Shown here piece by piece: positions 37,290-46,101 of a stretch of 64,000 nt of DNA. The notes under the pieces are model-generated. The model worked only from the letters and a program-made list of their open reading frames with translations, was not told the DNA's origin and did no database searches. Origin of the DNA: Gemmatimonadales bacterium (lineage in GTDB: Bacteria > Gemmatimonadota > Gemmatimonadetes > Gemmatimonadales > GWC2-71-9); contig DATJXC010000029.1 in NCBI GenBank assembly GCA_035500495.1, forward strand, positions 30,243 to 94,242. The letters are read 5' to 3'. The stretch's first letter is position 1, and every line of letters begins with the position of its first letter. Made by a program: the position numbers and the translations under genes.

Positions 37290-38180
37290 GTGCGGTGGTC
37301 CGTCGTTTCGGATGCTCTCGCGGTCTGCGGCCTCGCGGCCGCGGCGCTCGCGTGTGGCCCCGAGCCCTACAGCGGGCCCGTCACCGGCAAGATCCTGTTG
37401 CGCTACCACCCGCCGGCGGGTGCGCGTTACGCCTACGCCTTCTCGCAGGTATCGACCATGAAGGAGCCCAACGGGCCGATGGCGGGCATGGGCGAGCAAC
37501 GAATCGAGCTCGCGATGTGGTTCAACCAACAGGTGGGCCCGACGGAGGGGAATGGCGCGGGGGTCGGTCTGACCGCGGTGATCGACTCGGCCCGCGTCAC
37601 GTCGCCGCTGGTCGGCGGCGACGTGGCCCGCCAGTTGGCTGGGGCACGGACGACGATGATCGTGGACGACCACCTGCGCGTGCTCCGCGCGGATCCCGCA
37701 TCGCCCCTGTCGCACGACGCGAGCCAGGTCGCGGAGCAGATGGTCGCGTCGCTCCGCACGATGAGCTTCCCGTTGCCGGACAGCGCCGTCGGTCCCGGCG
37801 ATTCGTGGATGACACCGATGCAGGTGCCCTATACCGATTTCGCGGGCGGAGAGCCGGTGTTCGCGACCACGCGGCTCGCGGTGCAGAGCCTCGAGGTGGT
37901 GCGGGGCGATACCGTCGTGGGGTTCACCGTGGAGGTACAGCTCCCGCACAAGCCGATCCCGGTCGTGGTCATGGGCCAGCCTGGCACGATCTCCCTTTCG
38001 GGGACCATCGCCGGGACCCAGAAATTCTCGCTGAACCGCGGAGCCATCCTGGCCACCGAATATTCCGGGACGGTCGTTGTCACCATGAGCGGTGGGACCT
38101 TGGGGCCCAACGCGATGCACCTGGACATCGGACAGGAGGCGTCGCTGACGTTGCTGGACGGAAGGCAGGGAGGGCGCTGA
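37290..38180 (+). CDS. predicted exported protein or lipoprotein, unknown function
   Basis: GTG start. MRWSVVSDALAVCGLAAAALACGPEP is a signal peptide with candidate lipobox cysteines. Composition is ordinary. It sits 17 nt after the HerA stop and 4 nt before the SbcD start. Confidence 0.6.
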   Translation: MRWSVVSDALAVCGLAAAALACGPEPYSGPVTGKILLRYHPPAGARYAYAFSQVSTMKEPNGPMAGMGEQRIELAMWFNQQVGPTEGNGAGVGLTAVIDSARVTSPLVGGDVARQLAGARTTMIVDDHLRVLRADPASPLSHDASQVAEQMVASLRTMSFPLPDSAVGPGDSWMTPMQVPYTDFAGGEPVFATTRLAVQSLEVVRGDTVVGFTVEVQLPHKPIPVVVMGQPGTISLSGTIAGTQKFSLNRGAILATEYSGTVVVTMSGGTLGPNAMHLDIGQEASLTLLDGRQGGR

Positions 38181-38184
38181 ACGC

Positions 38185-39369
38185 GTGAAACTGGCCCACC
38201 TCGCCGATCTCCACCTCGGTTTCCGCCAGTTCGACCGGCAGACACCGCGGGGGGGGAACCAGCGCGAGGCGGACGTGGCGCAGGCCTTTGCGCGCGCGGT
38301 GGACGATCTGCTGGAGCAGCGTCCCAATCTCGTGCTGGTGGCGGGCGACGTCTTCCACTCGGTGCGACCGACCAACCCGGCGATCCTGTTTCTCTTCCAG
38401 CAGCTGCAGCGCCTGCGGGTCGGGCTGCCGGACGTGCCGGTCGTGCTCGTCGCGGGCAACCACGATACTCCGCGGTCCGCGGATACGGGGACCATCCTCC
38501 GCCTGTATGAGGCGCTCGGCGTTCACGTCGTGAACGAAACCGCGCGCCGGCTCGTGTTCCCCTCGCTCGACTGCGCGGTCCTGGCCGTGCCGCACCAGGC
38601 ATTGATCGCCCCCGAGCGCCCGGCGCTGCGACCGGAGCGGGGCGGCCCACGTTTCAACGTGCTGCTCGCCCACGGGGAGCTGCCGGAGCTGACCCCCATC
38701 GGCCAGGTGCCGCTCGAGTTCGGGGGCGCCCCGCTCTCCCGCGAGGAGCTCGGGATCGCCCACTGGGATTATGTCGCCCTGGGCCATTTCCACGTCGCCA
38801 ACGAGGTCGCGCCCAACTGCTGGTACGCGGGATCGTTGGAGTACGTCAGCGTCAATATCTGGGGTGACCTGCGGGAGCAATCGGATCGAGCCGGGAAGCG
38901 GGAGGGGAAAGGCTACCTGTTGGTGGACCTCCCCGGCGCCAAGGTCACCTTCCGTCCGGTGGCTCCGGCGCGGCGCTTTCTCGATCTCCCCCCGGTGCAC
39001 GGCTCCGGTCTCACGGCCAAAGAGGTCATGGCCCAGATCGAGCAGCGGGTCGGAGCGGCCAAGCCGTCGATCGACGACCAGGTGGTGCGGCTGGTGGTGT
39101 ACGACGTCTCCCGCGGTACGGCGGCGGATCTCGACCACGCCGCGATCCGCGCCTTCAAGGCGCGGGCCTTGAACTTCCAGCTGGACATCCGGCGGCCTGA
39201 ATCGCGGCGGGTGACGGGGGTCGGGGCTCCCGGAAGCCGGCTGACGCTCCCCGAGACCGTGCGGGGATTCCTGGCGCACCGCCCCCTGGACGCCGATCTG
39301 GACCGCGACGAGTTCGTCCGGTTGGGCGTTCACTACGTGGAGCAGGTCAGCCGGGAGGACCACGGCTGA
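38185..39369 (+). CDS. sbcD: SbcD/Mre11-family nuclease
   Basis: All calcineurin-like phosphoesterase motifs are present in order: LADLHLG, AGDVFH, VAGNHD, LLAHGEL and ALGHFHV. GTG start. Confidence 0.9.
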   Translation: MKLAHLADLHLGFRQFDRQTPRGGNQREADVAQAFARAVDDLLEQRPNLVLVAGDVFHSVRPTNPAILFLFQQLQRLRVGLPDVPVVLVAGNHDTPRSADTGTILRLYEALGVHVVNETARRLVFPSLDCAVLAVPHQALIAPERPALRPERGGPRFNVLLAHGELPELTPIGQVPLEFGGAPLSREELGIAHWDYVALGHFHVANEVAPNCWYAGSLEYVSVNIWGDLREQSDRAGKREGKGYLLVDLPGAKVTFRPVAPARRFLDLPPVHGSGLTAKEVMAQIEQRVGAAKPSIDDQVVRLVVYDVSRGTAADLDHAAIRAFKARALNFQLDIRRPESRRVTGVGAPGSRLTLPETVRGFLAHRPLDADLDRDEFVRLGVHYVEQVSREDHG

Positions 39370-41813
39370 TGCAGCTCCACCGGATCCGCCTCGTGAACTT
39401 CCGCCAGCACGCCGACACCGATCTGGCGTTCGGCCCGGGCGTCACCGGAATCATCGGGCCGAACGGTTCCGGAAAGACCACGCTGCTCGAGGCGATGGCG
39501 TGGGCGATTTACGGCGTGCAAGCGGCCCGGGGCGACAAGGACTCGGTCCGGAACCTGAGGGCCAAGGCGCGTTCATCCGTACGCGTGGAGGTGGAGTTCG
39601 GTCTCGGGAAGCACGAATTCCGGGTCGTGCGCGGCCTGCATCAGGCGGAGCTGTACCAGGACGGCCATGTCGTCGCCAATGCCAACCGCGAGGTCACCGA
39701 CCGGCTGCAGCGCGCGCTCGGGATGACCCATGACGAGTTCTTCAACACCTACTTCACGGCGCAGAAAGAGCTGGCCGTGATGGCCTCACTCGGGAAGACC
39801 GAACGAGCGGCGTTTCTCGCGCGCATGCTGGGATATGAGAAGCTCGACTTCGCGCAGGTGGCGGTGCGCGAGACGCGCAACGCGGCCGCCGCCGAGCTGC
39901 GTGGGCTCGAGGCCGGATTGCCCGACCGTGCGGTGCTCGCAGAGGAGCGATCCCAGGCGCAGCGGCGTCTCGAGGGGGCCCGGACGACGGCGACGGAGGC
40001 CAATCGAAAGCGTGCCGCCGCCCTTGAGGCCCTCGAACGGGAGACGCCCAAGTGGAAGGCCTGGGAGGAGCGCCGCGATCGCAGCCGCTCTCTCGAAGCG
40101 GACCGCGCCATGGCGGCGCTTGCCGTCCAGACCGCGGTGCAGGAGATCGAGCGGATCAACAAGGCGCTGGCTGATGCGCTGCGAGCCAAGAGCCAACTCG
40201 CCGAGCTGGCCGATCCCCTCGCCCCCGTGGGTCAGCTGAAGGAGGAGCTCGGTCGCCTGGAAGAGCTGCAGCGGCATGAAGCGGCCCGCCGGGCGGAACA
40301 GGCTCAGCTGACGGAGCTGGCGCGAGCGCAGGCGGAGCTTGAGGCCCGGTTGCAGGAGCTTGCCTCCGCCGACGCCACCCTTGCCCGAGTGGAGCGGGAG
40401 GCGGCGACCGTGCAATCCCGCGTGCGGGTCGTGGAACAGGCGATCGAGGAGGAGCGGACCGCGTGGGTCCGCGACCGCCAGGATGCGGAGACGAAACGGC
40501 TGCAGCTGCGCGAGCAGTACAAGGAGGTCAAGGAGCAACGCGACCTGATCGCTGGACTCGGACCGGAGGGGGTCTGTCCCACCTGCAAGCGGCCACTCGG
40601 GAGCGAGCATGCGACGGTGGTGGAGGTGCTCGATCGCCAGCTCGAAGACATCACCATCAACGGGCAGTTCTTCAAGCAGCGGGTGGAGCAGCTCGAAACG
40701 GAGCCGGCGAGCCTCCGGGCGGCCGAAGCGGAGCGCGACCGGGCGCTCGAGGCGGAGCGGGCGGTGAATGCGCAGCTGGGCGCGCTCAAGGAACAGCTGC
40801 AGGAGCGGGGGCGCGCCCAGGAGTTTCAGACAGCCGGCGCGGCGCGGGCCGCGGAGATTTCGGCCCGCCTGGCGGCGCGCCCCACGGGCTACGATCGCGA
40901 GCGCCATGAGGTCGTGCGGGCGGAATTGACGCGGCTCGAGCCGCTGGCGTTGGAGGCGGCGGTGCTCGACGCCAAGGCCAAGACCGCGGAGAGCCTGGTG
41001 CAGGAGGCGGAGCAGGCCGAGGCCGCCCTCACCCGGCAGGAGCGCCGGGCCACCGAGCTGGCGGACGCCATCGCCGCTCAGGGGTTCTCGGAGGCGCAGT
41101 TTGCCAGGGCCAAGGAGCGCTACGAGCGCCTCACGGGGGCGCTGCGGGAGAGTGAGCTGGAGGTGCTCGAAGCGCGCGGGGCGCTGATGCGGGCCGAGGA
41201 AGTCATCACCGAAGTCGACCGGCGACTGGTCGAGCGCGAGGCGCGGGAGCGCGAGATCGCCGAGCGCAAGGTGCGTCTGCGGTTGCACAACGAGCTGGAC
41301 CGGGCCTTCTCCGATCTCCGGGCCGAGCTGAATGCCGCGATGCGTCCCGAGATCGCCGAGCTCGCCTCCTCCTTCCTGGCCGACCTGACCGATGGGCGGT
41401 ACGATGCGATGGACTTGAGCGAGGACTACCGGGTCACCATCCTGGACGACGGGATCCCCAAGACGGTGATTTCCGGCGGGGAGGAGGATCTTGCGAACCT
41501 CGTCCTGCGGCTCGCCATTTCCCAGATGATCGCCGAGCGGGCGGGTCAGCCGCTGTCCCTGCTGGTGCTGGACGAGATCTTCGGCTCGCTCGACGAATCG
41601 CGGCGGCAGCACGTCCTGGGGCTGTTGCGGCGCCTGGGGGATCGCTTCCCCCAGGTCATTCTCATCACGCACATTGACCAGGTGCGGGAAGGATTGGATC
41701 GTGTGATCCGGGTCGAGTACGATGTCACCTCCGGCAGCAGCGTGGTGCGGGACGATACGGCCACACTCGCCGCGGGAGGAGGAGGGGGGCTCGATGCGGG
41801 CGTGGCTGCCTGA
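39369..41813 (+). CDS. sbcC: SbcC/Rad50-family ATPase with zinc hook
   Basis: Walker A GPNGSGKTT, long coiled coils, central hook CPTCKRPL, signature ISGGEEDLANLVLRLA, Walker B LLVLDEIFGSLD and H-loop ILITH. The ATG overlaps the SbcD stop (TGATG). Confidence 0.9.
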   Translation: MQLHRIRLVNFRQHADTDLAFGPGVTGIIGPNGSGKTTLLEAMAWAIYGVQAARGDKDSVRNLRAKARSSVRVEVEFGLGKHEFRVVRGLHQAELYQDGHVVANANREVTDRLQRALGMTHDEFFNTYFTAQKELAVMASLGKTERAAFLARMLGYEKLDFAQVAVRETRNAAAAELRGLEAGLPDRAVLAEERSQAQRRLEGARTTATEANRKRAAALEALERETPKWKAWEERRDRSRSLEADRAMAALAVQTAVQEIERINKALADALRAKSQLAELADPLAPVGQLKEELGRLEELQRHEAARRAEQAQLTELARAQAELEARLQELASADATLARVEREAATVQSRVRVVEQAIEEERTAWVRDRQDAETKRLQLREQYKEVKEQRDLIAGLGPEGVCPTCKRPLGSEHATVVEVLDRQLEDITINGQFFKQRVEQLETEPASLRAAEAERDRALEAERAVNAQLGALKEQLQERGRAQEFQTAGAARAAEISARLAARPTGYDRERHEVVRAELTRLEPLALEAAVLDAKAKTAESLVQEAEQAEAALTRQERRATELADAIAAQGFSEAQFARAKERYERLTGALRESELEVLEARGALMRAEEVITEVDRRLVEREAREREIAERKVRLRLHNELDRAFSDLRAELNAAMRPEIAELASSFLADLTDGRYDAMDLSEDYRVTILDDGIPKTVISGGEEDLANLVLRLAISQMIAERAGQPLSLLVLDEIFGSLDESRRQHVLGLLRRLGDRFPQVILITHIDQVREGLDRVIRVEYDVTSGSSVVRDDTATLAAGGGGGLDAGVAA

Positions 41814-42768
41814 GCGGACGGTGACCGGGCCGATTCCCGTGACGGTGCAGGACGTGCGGGAGCTGAACCACCTCTTCGCCGAGTCGTTCACCGACCGGTA
41901 TCGCCGCGACGGCCTCGTCGGGGTCCGCGTCCCGGAGCTGAATCCCAAAGTCTGGGAGTACGCCCTGCTCGACGCCGGACACGGCGCGATGCTGTGGCGC
42001 GATGAAGCCGGCGCCATCGCCGCTTTCAACGTCGCGCACCGCTGCGGGTCCGAAGGCTGGATGGGGCCGCTCGCCGTCCGCATCGACCGCCAGGGGACCG
42101 GGCTCGGCAAGACGATCGTGCGCACCGCGGTCGATTGGCTGATCGACCAGGGCGCGACGACCGTCGGACTCGAGACCATGCCGCGGACCGTGGAGAACAT
42201 CGGCTTCTACGCCCGGCTCGGGTTCGTCCCCGGGCATCTCACCGTGACCATGAGCCAGGACATCGCGGTCCGCCGGAGAGGGCAGCCGGTACCGGCGTTG
42301 TTGTCAACGCAGGCGGCCGCCGACCAGGAGCGCTCCGTCGCCGCCGTGCGCGGGCTGGTTTCGACGCTCGGGCCGGGCTGCGACTTCACGCGGGAGATCC
42401 TCCTTACCGCGGAGGTGGGACTCGGCGACACCGTCCTCGTCAGCGACGGGGGCGAGCTCACCGCGATGGTGCTGTGGCACACCGCGTCGCTCGCGGCGGA
42501 TCGCGGCTCCGATGAGCTTCGGGTGCTGAAGCTCGCCGCCCGTGACGCCTCGGCCTTCGAGGCCGCCGTCACCGCGGTGGAGCGTTCGGCCGCGTCGCTT
42601 GGGCTGCGACGCGTCGCGGTGCGGTGCCAGACCGGGTACCCTGGCGCCTTCCGCGCGCTCGTGGCCCGCGGCTATCAGGTGCGCTGGACGGACCTGCGCA
42701 TGAGTCTCGACGGGTATCCCGAGCGGCTGGCGGCCCGTGGGGTGCTGTTCTCGAATTGGGAGATATGA
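41794..42768 (+). CDS. GNAT family N-acetyltransferase (two-lobed)
   Basis: In frame within track ORF 41722..42768. ATG 41794 is preceded by GGGAGGAGGAGGGGGG. The acetyl-CoA motif is VRIDRQGTGLGKTIV...GFYARLGF. It overlaps the sbcC 3' end by 20 nt. Confidence 0.7.
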   Translation: MRAWLPERTVTGPIPVTVQDVRELNHLFAESFTDRYRRDGLVGVRVPELNPKVWEYALLDAGHGAMLWRDEAGAIAAFNVAHRCGSEGWMGPLAVRIDRQGTGLGKTIVRTAVDWLIDQGATTVGLETMPRTVENIGFYARLGFVPGHLTVTMSQDIAVRRRGQPVPALLSTQAAADQERSVAAVRGLVSTLGPGCDFTREILLTAEVGLGDTVLVSDGGELTAMVLWHTASLAADRGSDELRVLKLAARDASAFEAAVTAVERSAASLGLRRVAVRCQTGYPGAFRALVARGYQVRWTDLRMSLDGYPERLAARGVLFSNWEI

Positions 42769-43991
42769 TCGCCGGCCTGCTCATCTTCGCCGCGACCTAC
42801 CTGCTGATCGCGGTGCAGCGTCTCCCCTTCATTCATCTCAATCGCCCGGCCGCGAGCCTCCTCGGGGCCGTCGCCATGGTCGCCTGCGGCGTGCTGACCA
42901 TTCCGCAGGCATACGCGGCGATCGATCTCGACGTGATCGTATTCCTCCTCGGGCTGATGCTGATCGTCGGGTACCTCGAGGTGGGGAAGTTCTTCGAGTG
43001 GGGGGCGGAGTGGGTGCTGCGACGCGCGCGCACCCCGGGGCGCCTGCTCTTCGGCGTCGTCGTGGGTGGCGGCCTGTTGTCGGCGTTATTCGTGAACGAC
43101 ACCGTCTGTCTGGTCGTGACCCCGGTGCTGCTCGCGGCCCTCGGTCCCCTGCGCGTCCGCCCCATCCCGTATCTCCTGGGCTTGGCGATGGGCGCGAACG
43201 TCGGCTCCGTCCTGTCGGTCACCGGCAACCCACAGAACATGCTGGTCGGCATCTGGAGCCAGACGACCTTCGGGGCGTTCGCCTGGCGCATGCTGCCCGT
43301 GGCCGTGGGCGGGCTGGCGATAACCTACGGATGGCTGCGCTGGACGTTCCGCACGGAGCTGCGCGAGCCGTTCCTAGAGTCCCCGGCACCGGTCCCGGTG
43401 AGTCTGGATCGACCCCTCGTGGCGAAGGGGATCCTGCTGTTCGGCGCCGCGGTCGCCGGGTGGCTCGCCGGCGGCTCGCTCCCCGGCGTCGCGATCACGG
43501 CGGGAGCGGTAATGGTGCTCATCGCCGGTCGGGATCCGGCGTATGCGATCGAGCGGGTGGACTGGGACCTGTTGCTGTTCTTCGCGTCGTTGTTCGTGGT
43601 CATGCGCGGCTTCGAACAGACCGGCGCGGTGGCGTGGATCGACCGCCACGCCCTCCAGCTGGCCCAGCAGCAGTCGCCGCTCGGCACCGCGGCGGTGGTG
43701 AGCGGGGTGATGGTGACGCTGTCGAACCTGATTTCCAACGTGCCGGCCGTCATCTTGTGGCGGAACACGGTGCCGCACCTGCCCGATCCTGGCCTGATGT
43801 GGCGGGTCGTCGCGATGAGCGCGACCTTCGCCGGGAATCTCGTGCTGATCGGCTCGGTGGCGAACCTGATTGTCGTGGAAAAAGCGGCACACCGAGGGGT
43901 GCGGATCGGGTTTTGGACCTATGCCCGCGTGGGGATACCCCTGACGCTCCTGACCACGCTGTGGGGAATCGGAGTACTGACTCTCTCTTAG
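42765..43991 (+). CDS. ArsB/NhaD-superfamily anion permease (citrate-transporter-like)
   Basis: In frame within track ORF 42624..43991. Start MIAGLLIFAATYLLIAV at 42765 gives an ATGA overlap with the GNAT stop. About 10 or more TM helices, with LSALFVNDTVCLVVTPV and GNPQNMLVG. Confidence 0.75.
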   Translation: MIAGLLIFAATYLLIAVQRLPFIHLNRPAASLLGAVAMVACGVLTIPQAYAAIDLDVIVFLLGLMLIVGYLEVGKFFEWGAEWVLRRARTPGRLLFGVVVGGGLLSALFVNDTVCLVVTPVLLAALGPLRVRPIPYLLGLAMGANVGSVLSVTGNPQNMLVGIWSQTTFGAFAWRMLPVAVGGLAITYGWLRWTFRTELREPFLESPAPVPVSLDRPLVAKGILLFGAAVAGWLAGGSLPGVAITAGAVMVLIAGRDPAYAIERVDWDLLLFFASLFVVMRGFEQTGAVAWIDRHALQLAQQQSPLGTAAVVSGVMVTLSNLISNVPAVILWRNTVPHLPDPGLMWRVVAMSATFAGNLVLIGSVANLIVVEKAAHRGVRIGFWTYARVGIPLTLLTTLWGIGVLTLS

Positions 43992-44344
43992 GCGCTGGGC
44001 GAGCGCGGCTCACGGGCGGGCCGCGGTTCGAGCGATTGGTCGGTAGAGCCGGTGACGTAGATCGTCGGCGAGAGGCCTAGCACCTCGAAGCCATGTCGGG
44101 TGCCAGGGGCCAGGTCGAGGCGATCACCCGGGCCGAGCTCGAATGCCTCCCCGCCGACGGTGATGCGCACGAATCCCGACAACACCCACCGCACTTCCGG
44201 AAACGGGTGCGCATGCTCGTCGACATGGGTACCCGGGATATCCGACCACCACGCCGTCACCATCCCTTCCCGCTTCAACGCGCCGCGCAGCGTCGAGAGC
44301 TGCAGCGGGCCGAGGGTGGGGTCCCACCGCCTGACGGTCGTCAT
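43988..44344 (-). CDS. cupin domain protein
   Basis: 118 aa. HAHPFPEVRWVLSGFVRITVGGEAFELGPGDRLDLAPGTRHGF is the two-motif cupin signature. Confidence 0.75.
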   Translation of the reverse strand: MTTVRRWDPTLGPLQLSTLRGALKREGMVTAWWSDIPGTHVDEHAHPFPEVRWVLSGFVRITVGGEAFELGPGDRLDLAPGTRHGFEVLGLSPTIYVTGSTDQSLEPRPAREPRSPSA

Positions 44345-44402
44345 ATTCAGGAACGTAGGAGGGGAGGGGGGGCGGCGCCAGCCATCGGGACTCGATCCGG
44401 GG

Positions 44403-44597
44403 TCAGGACAGGAACTTGGGAGCGCCCACGACGATGCGTCGCACCAGGAGGATGATGCCTCCGGCGTAGAGCAGGTGAATGAAGCCGGTCGGCACCTGAT
44501 GCACGAGCAGGGCGATCCAGATGCCTAGCGACGCAATTGCGACCACGAGGGACAGATTCACGGGGGACCATCCTATCGGCGCGGTGACGGTGGTCAC
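44403..44597 (-). CDS. small membrane protein, lmo0937-like family (tentative)
   Basis: GFIHLLYAGGIILLVRRIVVG resembles the conserved tail of about 50-aa two-TM proteins. The GTG start at 44597 may be too long; an internal GTG at 44561 would give 52 aa. Confidence 0.45.
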   Translation of the reverse strand: MTTVTAPIGWSPVNLSLVVAIASLGIWIALLVHQVPTGFIHLLYAGGIILLVRRIVVGAPKFLS

Positions 44598-44869
44598 GGG
44601 ACCGGTCGGCGAGCGCGATACCGTTCACGCCGGTCTATTGACGAATGCATTCTACTTTGACAAGTTGAGTTCGGGAACGGAGAGCTCAATTTTTGAGCCA
44701 ACAGCTCGATCGTGGACCCAGATACTGTGACCAATGTCAGGCCCCTTTGCGGGGGAAGACAGACGCTACGGTGAGGGACCAACGCTTTACGCTCGGGCTT
44801 CAAAAATCCTCTTCGTTCCTTCTGTAACCGGTCGGCCGGATCGCGACAGCGACGCCGGCCGATCGTCGT

Positions 44870-46060
44870 TTACGCTCGCTCCGAGCGGATCGTTTCCCTG
44901 AACCTCCGCCACACCAGGAAGCGTCGTCGTCCGATCGCGTACTCGAACGCCAAGATCACCATCCACAATCCGTAGGCCACCGCGACTTCCACGCGCCAGT
45001 GGGGCACCAGGAATTGGGCCAGCCACAGGACGAAGATGACCGCGGCGTCGATCGCGTCGAACTCCATGTTGGCGAGGAGCAGCATCGCGAGCGCGGTTTG
45101 GAGCAGGGTCAGCAGGATTTCGAGCCGCTGGGCGGCGTCGAAGTGGAACGCCGCGAACGTGCCGTAGTGGTGGTAATGGGAGTAACCATAGATGAGTGGG
45201 ATCATCGCGGCGAGCACGGTCCACTGATTGATGTTGCTCGACACCAGATTCATCAGCGCCAGCGGTGCCTGAGTCACCCGGCGCGCCCAGTAGAACGCCG
45301 AAATCTTCTCGGGAAATTCCGACAGGAACGGCGCCACCCATTGCACCAGCACGAACTGACTGATGCCGAACGTTCCGGCAATCGCGAGCATCGACTCCAG
45401 AAACGGGTGGGCCGTGAGGTACAGCAGGCCCCCGCCGGCGGCGAACAGCCCCGCGATCGCCGCCGGCCGGCGCCACCCGCGTTGCCGATAGGCCCACTGG
45501 GAAACGATCGGCGCGTCCTCGACGTGCTCGCTCGCGTGCGGAGGGTTCTGGAACAGCACCCACACGTAAGCGCCGTAGAGGGCGATGAGGACGACCGCGT
45601 CGCCCCAGGCAAACGAGCCTTTGAGCAGAATGACGCCGAAGTACAGGAGCGGTGGGACCAGCCCCACGACTTCCACCGCGTGTTCGGCCTGCAGCTCGAT
45701 CGCCGGGAAGCGTCGGCCGGCGCGGTGCCGGCCGAAATACGCGAACACGAAGTAGATCATCGGCCACCCGAGCCCGAGCAGGAGCCGGATCGCGCCGGTG
45801 AGGTTGGCGATGGCCAGATGCGCCCGCGCGGGGTCCTTCCCGGCGTCCCACGCGATCACGGCTTCCACGGCGAACTCGGGGAGCGTCTGCAGCCAGGCGA
45901 GGATGGCGAGCGCCAGCCCCTGAGACATCAGGAACTGGGCCGCTTCCGCGCCCCAGGCCACCAGGAACGCGGACAAGAGCATCGCGGGGAAGGTCCAGAG
46001 GGCCGAGACCGCCGAGGCTCCCCCCTCCACGACGACGGCGAGTAACTTTATCAGTCGCAA
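44870..46060 (-). CDS. cation/Ca2+ exchanger (CaCA) superfamily membrane protein
   Basis: 396 aa, multi-TM. There are two alpha-repeat-like motifs, LQTLPEFAVEAVIAW and FLSEFPEKISAF. Confidence 0.6.
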   Translation of the reverse strand: MRLIKLLAVVVEGGASAVSALWTFPAMLLSAFLVAWGAEAAQFLMSQGLALAILAWLQTLPEFAVEAVIAWDAGKDPARAHLAIANLTGAIRLLLGLGWPMIYFVFAYFGRHRAGRRFPAIELQAEHAVEVVGLVPPLLYFGVILLKGSFAWGDAVVLIALYGAYVWVLFQNPPHASEHVEDAPIVSQWAYRQRGWRRPAAIAGLFAAGGGLLYLTAHPFLESMLAIAGTFGISQFVLVQWVAPFLSEFPEKISAFYWARRVTQAPLALMNLVSSNINQWTVLAAMIPLIYGYSHYHHYGTFAAFHFDAAQRLEILLTLLQTALAMLLLANMEFDAIDAAVIFVLWLAQFLVPHWRVEVAVAYGLWMVILAFEYAIGRRRFLVWRRFRETIRSERA

Positions 46061-46101
46061 GGTGCCGCAAGTGTACTCTCGACCCGGAGCGCCTACAAGC
46101 C

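Noticed and set aside
39786-42200. 804-aa minus-strand ORF opposite sbcC
   Set aside because: It is an antisense shadow. The plus strand carries Walker A and B, the zinc hook and the ABC signature; the minus translation is repetitive L/G/R/P-rich.
33772-43991. NurA-HerA-SbcCD array as a horizontally acquired genomic or defence island
   Set aside because: There is no integrase, transposase, tRNA or direct repeat at the borders. Base composition looks like the rest of the window, and the flanks are ordinary metabolic genes coupled by overlaps. A defence function remains possible but island status is unsupported.
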